Part shown: one piece after another, positions 35,914 through 38,775 of the stretch
How the letters are laid out: each line of letters opens with the position of its first letter
Numbering within the stretch: the stretch's first letter is position 1
Source: a virus
Taxonomy: Duplodnaviria > Caudoviricetes
IMG/VR virus record: IMGVR_UViG_3300034001_000024
Location: 1 to 38,775 of that record
DNA: 38,775 bases
Strand: one strand, 5' to 3'
Translations under genes and position numbers: made by a program
The notes under the pieces: generated by a model
The model's database searches: none
Seen by the model: only the letters and a program-made list of their open reading frames with translations
What the model was told of the DNA's origin: nothing

Positions 35914-36266
35914 CACGCAGCCTCCTTCCTTTGCGCGATGTGCAGGTGGTTGCGCTGTTCGTAGCTCAGTCCGTAGTGCGCGAACATGGCGCGCAGATCG
36001 TTGCGGCGGACGCACAGTTCACGCACGAGGTCGTACGAACTGATGTCCTCCCGTGTGCAATACAGCGCCAGCCAGCGCGTTTCAGACTGCCAGCTATTGC
36101 GTTGCGTGAAGGCCGTGCGCTGCCGCTTGCGGACGGCGGCCATGAAGGTTGCTGTGTCCGGCCTGTAGCCCCGGAGTCCCCACTCGCGTGCAGTATTGGC
36201 ATGCTGAATGATGGGTGAGATTTCGCTTGACGGCAGATGGCTGCCGTGGGATAGTGATGCAGACAA
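35913..36266 (-). CDS. Hypothetical early protein
   Basis: TTG start after AGAAAGGT; ends KEAA with TGATG coupling to rep. Confidence 0.6.
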   Translation of the reverse strand: MSASLSHGSHLPSSEISPIIQHANTAREWGLRGYRPDTATFMAAVRKRQRTAFTQRNSWQSETRWLALYCTREDISSYDLVRELCVRRNDLRAMFAHYGLSYEQRNHLHIAQRKEAA

Positions 36267-36332
36267 AGTTTTTACCTTTCTGCGCCGGCCCGGTGTTCTA
36301 GCACCCCGGCGCTGTTCTTTTGCCCCTTGCCA

Positions 36333-36686
36333 TCAGTTGATTCGCTGCGCCTGCAGCTTCTGATAGCGATTCCATACACGCGCAGCTGCCCGATGCCAGC
36401 AGTGCGGGACGTGGTAGAAAAACGCATCGCACTGACAGATGAGTTCTGATGGTTCGTATGTGCGGCCACGTTTCGATGGGATCTCCAATCGCGTTCCGTT
36501 GAAGGCGATAAACGGATTAGACACTAACTCCTCCGCCGCGCGCTCAAACGCGCGCACCCATCCATCGCCCTTGGCCCGCGCGATGCATTCGCGCACGATG
36601 CCATCGAACAGATCTTGATCCTCGATGATGATGAAATTTGTGCTTGACTCCGCCGGGATGACAGCGTAGTGATGATGTGACTGCAT
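36333..36686 (-). CDS. SWIM-type zinc-finger protein
   Basis: CQCDAFF...CWHRAA (CxC...CxH). Confidence 0.75.
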   Translation of the reverse strand: MQSHHHYAVIPAESSTNFIIIEDQDLFDGIVRECIARAKGDGWVRAFERAAEELVSNPFIAFNGTRLEIPSKRGRTYEPSELICQCDAFFYHVPHCWHRAAARVWNRYQKLQAQRIN

Positions 36687-36716
36687 AGTTACCTTTCTGC
36701 CGGCAGCAACCGGCTG

Positions 36717-36760
36717 AAAAAACAGAAAGCCACCTGGAGTTAATTCACCAGGTGGCTTTC
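36717..36760 (-). terminator. Intrinsic terminator after the first early ORF
   Basis: 13-bp stem GAAAGCCACCTGG/CCAGGTGGCTTTC followed by TGTTTTTT on the minus strand. Confidence 0.7.
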
Positions 36761-36931
36761 CTGTAGCTGATCGGTTGTAACGGCCTTCTGGCCGCGATTC
36801 TCGCCCGTGAACGCGCGCATGAGACTTGCCGCGACTAGCGCCTTCACTTCGGCGCTGGCGGGCTGCATGCGCTGGCGTTCAGCTACATTCTCTTGTTGAT
36901 AATCCTGCCCAAAAAGTAATTGAGGTTGCAT
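36740..36931 (-). CDS. First ORF of the leftward early operon (63 aa, hypothetical)
   Basis: ORF downstream of the leftward promoter; start codon lies inside a long hairpin. Confidence 0.45.
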   Translation of the reverse strand: MQPQLLFGQDYQQENVAERQRMQPASAEVKALVAASLMRAFTGENRGQKAVTTDQLQESHLVN

Positions 36932-37090
36932 ACGTCACCCTGCAGGCTATGCCTGCGTCGGTGGATGCAACCTCATCCGGTTTCAGGGGCGGCAGATTGT
37001 ACAGCGCGTCCTCTCGGAACTTAACAGGCGCTTGCGCGCCGCGCGGATGGCCCACTCCCCTGTCGAATTGTGCGCCGCTCACAGCGGCTA

Positions 37091-37124
37091 CTACATATGT
37101 AGCGAATGCTCGCGTAGGTGTCAA
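37091..37124 (-). promoter_or_regulatory. Leftward early promoter TTGACA-17-TACATA overlapped by palindrome CTACATATGTAG
   Basis: -35 at 37124-37119; perfect 12-bp palindrome at 37091-37102. Confidence 0.55.
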
Positions 37125-37150
37125 TACCCCTCGCAAACTATTTTTCGATT

Positions 37151-37203
37151 TTTGTCTAGTTTCTTTTCGCTTTACGAAAATAGCTCGCGCGGTTTGTCTA
37201 GTT
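37151..37203. repeat. Direct repeat TTTGTCTAGTT x2, 42 bp apart
   Basis: Copies at 37151-37161 and 37193-37203; core TTGTCTAG equals the int/xis inverted-repeat arm. Confidence 0.6.
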
Positions 37204-37223
37204 GTGGTGTAGTAAGCGGAGGG

Positions 37224-37232
37224 TGATATAAT
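37224..37232 (+). promoter_or_regulatory. Extended -10 promoter TGnTATAAT for the GHKL-nuclease gene
   Basis: TGATATAAT at 37224-37232, 58 nt before the ATG. Confidence 0.65.
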
Positions 37233-37290
37233 TTCGAGCACCATGTCCTGGGGCAAAACGTCTTCCGAATCTTATATCAGGTGAGAATCT

Positions 37291-38775
37291 ATGATTAATG
37301 TTAGCAACCTAAAAACTGCAGCATCTACAGTAAGAGTAGCTCCCTCCGATAATATATTCACAGAGTTAGGTAAGAATACTTACGATTACAAAGATTTACT
37401 GTCAGAACTCATCGACAACTCCATCGCTGCTTCGGGGAATTCTAGGCCAGTCAGAGTCGTTATTGATGTATACGTCGATGTAAGCAATAGACCTGTCGAG
37501 TTCGTAATCAGAGACAATGCAAGTGGAATCCCTCCAGAAAAATTAGGCATAGCAATCACACCTGCTGGCATCAGATCCATAAACTCATTAAATGAGCACG
37601 GACTGGGCATGAAACAAGCTATTTCGGCCCTCGGAACTTTGAAGTATCTTGCTACTAAAACAGCTAGTGAGCCTAATGCCAGAGTAGTCCTTAAGTTTCA
37701 ATTCGGAGAAATACCAATCTATGAATCTGATTTTGATTCTGAATCGGGTACAGAAATTGCGATAACCAACCTTAGTCCCATCGTCACAGCTAATCCCACC
37801 TCGATCACTAGATCACTATCAAAGTATCTGGGCGCTCGATATAGACGATTCTTGAAGCCTGACAATAAGTCTTTAGATTTAACAATAAATCTAAGGAAGC
37901 AGTTTAATGGACAGATAACGAATTATTGGGAAGTAAAGGAAGCGAAGCCCTACTATTTTCATCCATACACGAGAACTAATAAGCCTGTTATCCTAAAGCA
38001 CCCGCTCTCTGGAGATGGATGGAAGGCTGAATTGACTTTCGGTTACGCTCCTCAAGAGAGCGAGTATGCTGAAATGGGTATTGATCCTCCCACTAAATTT
38101 GATCCGTACTATGTATCGCTCAACCGTCAAGGGCTCGATGTCATTCTCCACAATCGGGTGATCCTCTTTCACCAACTTAATGAGTTGGGCTTTGTTCCAA
38201 TAAGACACTCCGATTACAACAGTGTACGCGGCGAGATTGATCTTATAGAAGGCTTCTCAACAGCTATCACTAAAAATTCTATTATTTACGATAACAACTT
38301 TCGAGATTGCATTGATGAAATTGCGAGCATCCTGAAAGGCGAGAAAGCCGGGCCTGACGGTCAGAAAAAGAACTACCTCTTGCTCAAGACATACCCTGAT
38401 CAAATTCCTGAGAAACTTCTTAGAGATAGATTGGCTGCTTGGCTTCAAAGCAATCCGTTGAACCAGAGGAGTGATGTTAAGACAGAGTTCGTCGTTCAGG
38501 GTATAGAAGGCTACATTGACATACTTGCAGATGGCGAAGCTTGGGAGCTTAAAACTGATCAGGCAAACGCCCTCGATGTGTACCAATTGTTCATGTACAT
38601 GGATGTTGGTAAATTCGATAAGGGGTACTTAGTTGCCAAAGGTTTCACTACCGGAGCTGAAACGGCTGCCGATTACATCAACGAGAAACATGGGAAAGTA
38701 ATTAAACTTTCTAAGATCGATCAATTTCCAATTGGACATCAGCCTTCTGGTACTGAAAGAGAAGAATATTACTAA
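37291..38775 (+). CDS. GHKL (HATPase_c/MORC-like) ATPase fused to a C-terminal PD-(D/E)XK nuclease; candidate defence protein
   Basis: ELIDNS, DNASGI, HGLGMK and GT GHKL boxes; C-terminal GYIDIL...WELK...YQLFMY; AT-rich relative to the phage core. Confidence 0.82.
   Translation: MINVSNLKTAASTVRVAPSDNIFTELGKNTYDYKDLLSELIDNSIAASGNSRPVRVVIDVYVDVSNRPVEFVIRDNASGIPPEKLGIAITPAGIRSINSLNEHGLGMKQAISALGTLKYLATKTASEPNARVVLKFQFGEIPIYESDFDSESGTEIAITNLSPIVTANPTSITRSLSKYLGARYRRFLKPDNKSLDLTINLRKQFNGQITNYWEVKEAKPYYFHPYTRTNKPVILKHPLSGDGWKAELTFGYAPQESEYAEMGIDPPTKFDPYYVSLNRQGLDVILHNRVILFHQLNELGFVPIRHSDYNSVRGEIDLIEGFSTAITKNSIIYDNNFRDCIDEIASILKGEKAGPDGQKKNYLLLKTYPDQIPEKLLRDRLAAWLQSNPLNQRSDVKTEFVVQGIEGYIDILADGEAWELKTDQANALDVYQLFMYMDVGKFDKGYLVAKGFTTGAETAADYINEKHGKVIKLSKIDQFPIGHQPSGTEREEYY

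Larger units (their letters stand above)
1..38775. mobile_element. Temperate siphophage / prophage (HK97-type head, non-contractile tail)
   Basis: Integrase, portal, protease, capsid, terminases, tail tube, tape measure, endolysin and replication genes in phage-like order; no tail sheath seen. Boundaries and att sites lie outside the window. Confidence 0.95.

Noticed and set aside
36272-36700. Identical 12-mer TTACCTTTCTGC at 36272-36283 and 36689-36700
   Set aside because: It is the ribosome-binding region (GCAGAAAGGTAA) of two adjacent early genes.

Overview
The window is an apparently near-complete temperate siphophage (prophage) of about 38.8 kb, cut exactly at the integrase stop codon (left) and at the stop of a GHKL-ATPase/nuclease gene (right), so att sites are not visible. 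From the left: tyrosine integrase with a divergent excisionase-like gene, then accessory cargo (a convergent Dam-like methylase plus PD-(D/E)XK nuclease pair, a secreted 51-aa peptide divergent from a TPR/Fis-HTH regulator, a lipoprotein). A long minus-strand block follows: tail, HK97-type head, portal, terminases, a repeat-rich fibre-like protein, lysis genes, VRR-NUC, a T7-gp4/Twinkle-like primase-helicase, a replication initiator with iterons, and early genes. No CI/Cro-type repressor is recognisable. The most interesting unannotated signals are: (i) a cas-less two-repeat mini-array resembling type I-G CRISPR repeats with a short 24-nt spacer in the early operon; (ii) a peptide plus TPR-HTH receptor pair resembling arbitrium/RRNPP signalling; (iii) a roughly 400-nt promoter- and terminator-bounded structured ncRNA followed by a 32-aa toxin-like membrane peptide, inserted between portal and prohead protease; (iv) a shared late-promoter motif; (v) a +1-type tail-chaperone frameshift. 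All product calls come from motif recognition by eye; no database search was run. An Acidobacteria (Blastocatellia-like) host is only a recollection-based guess.
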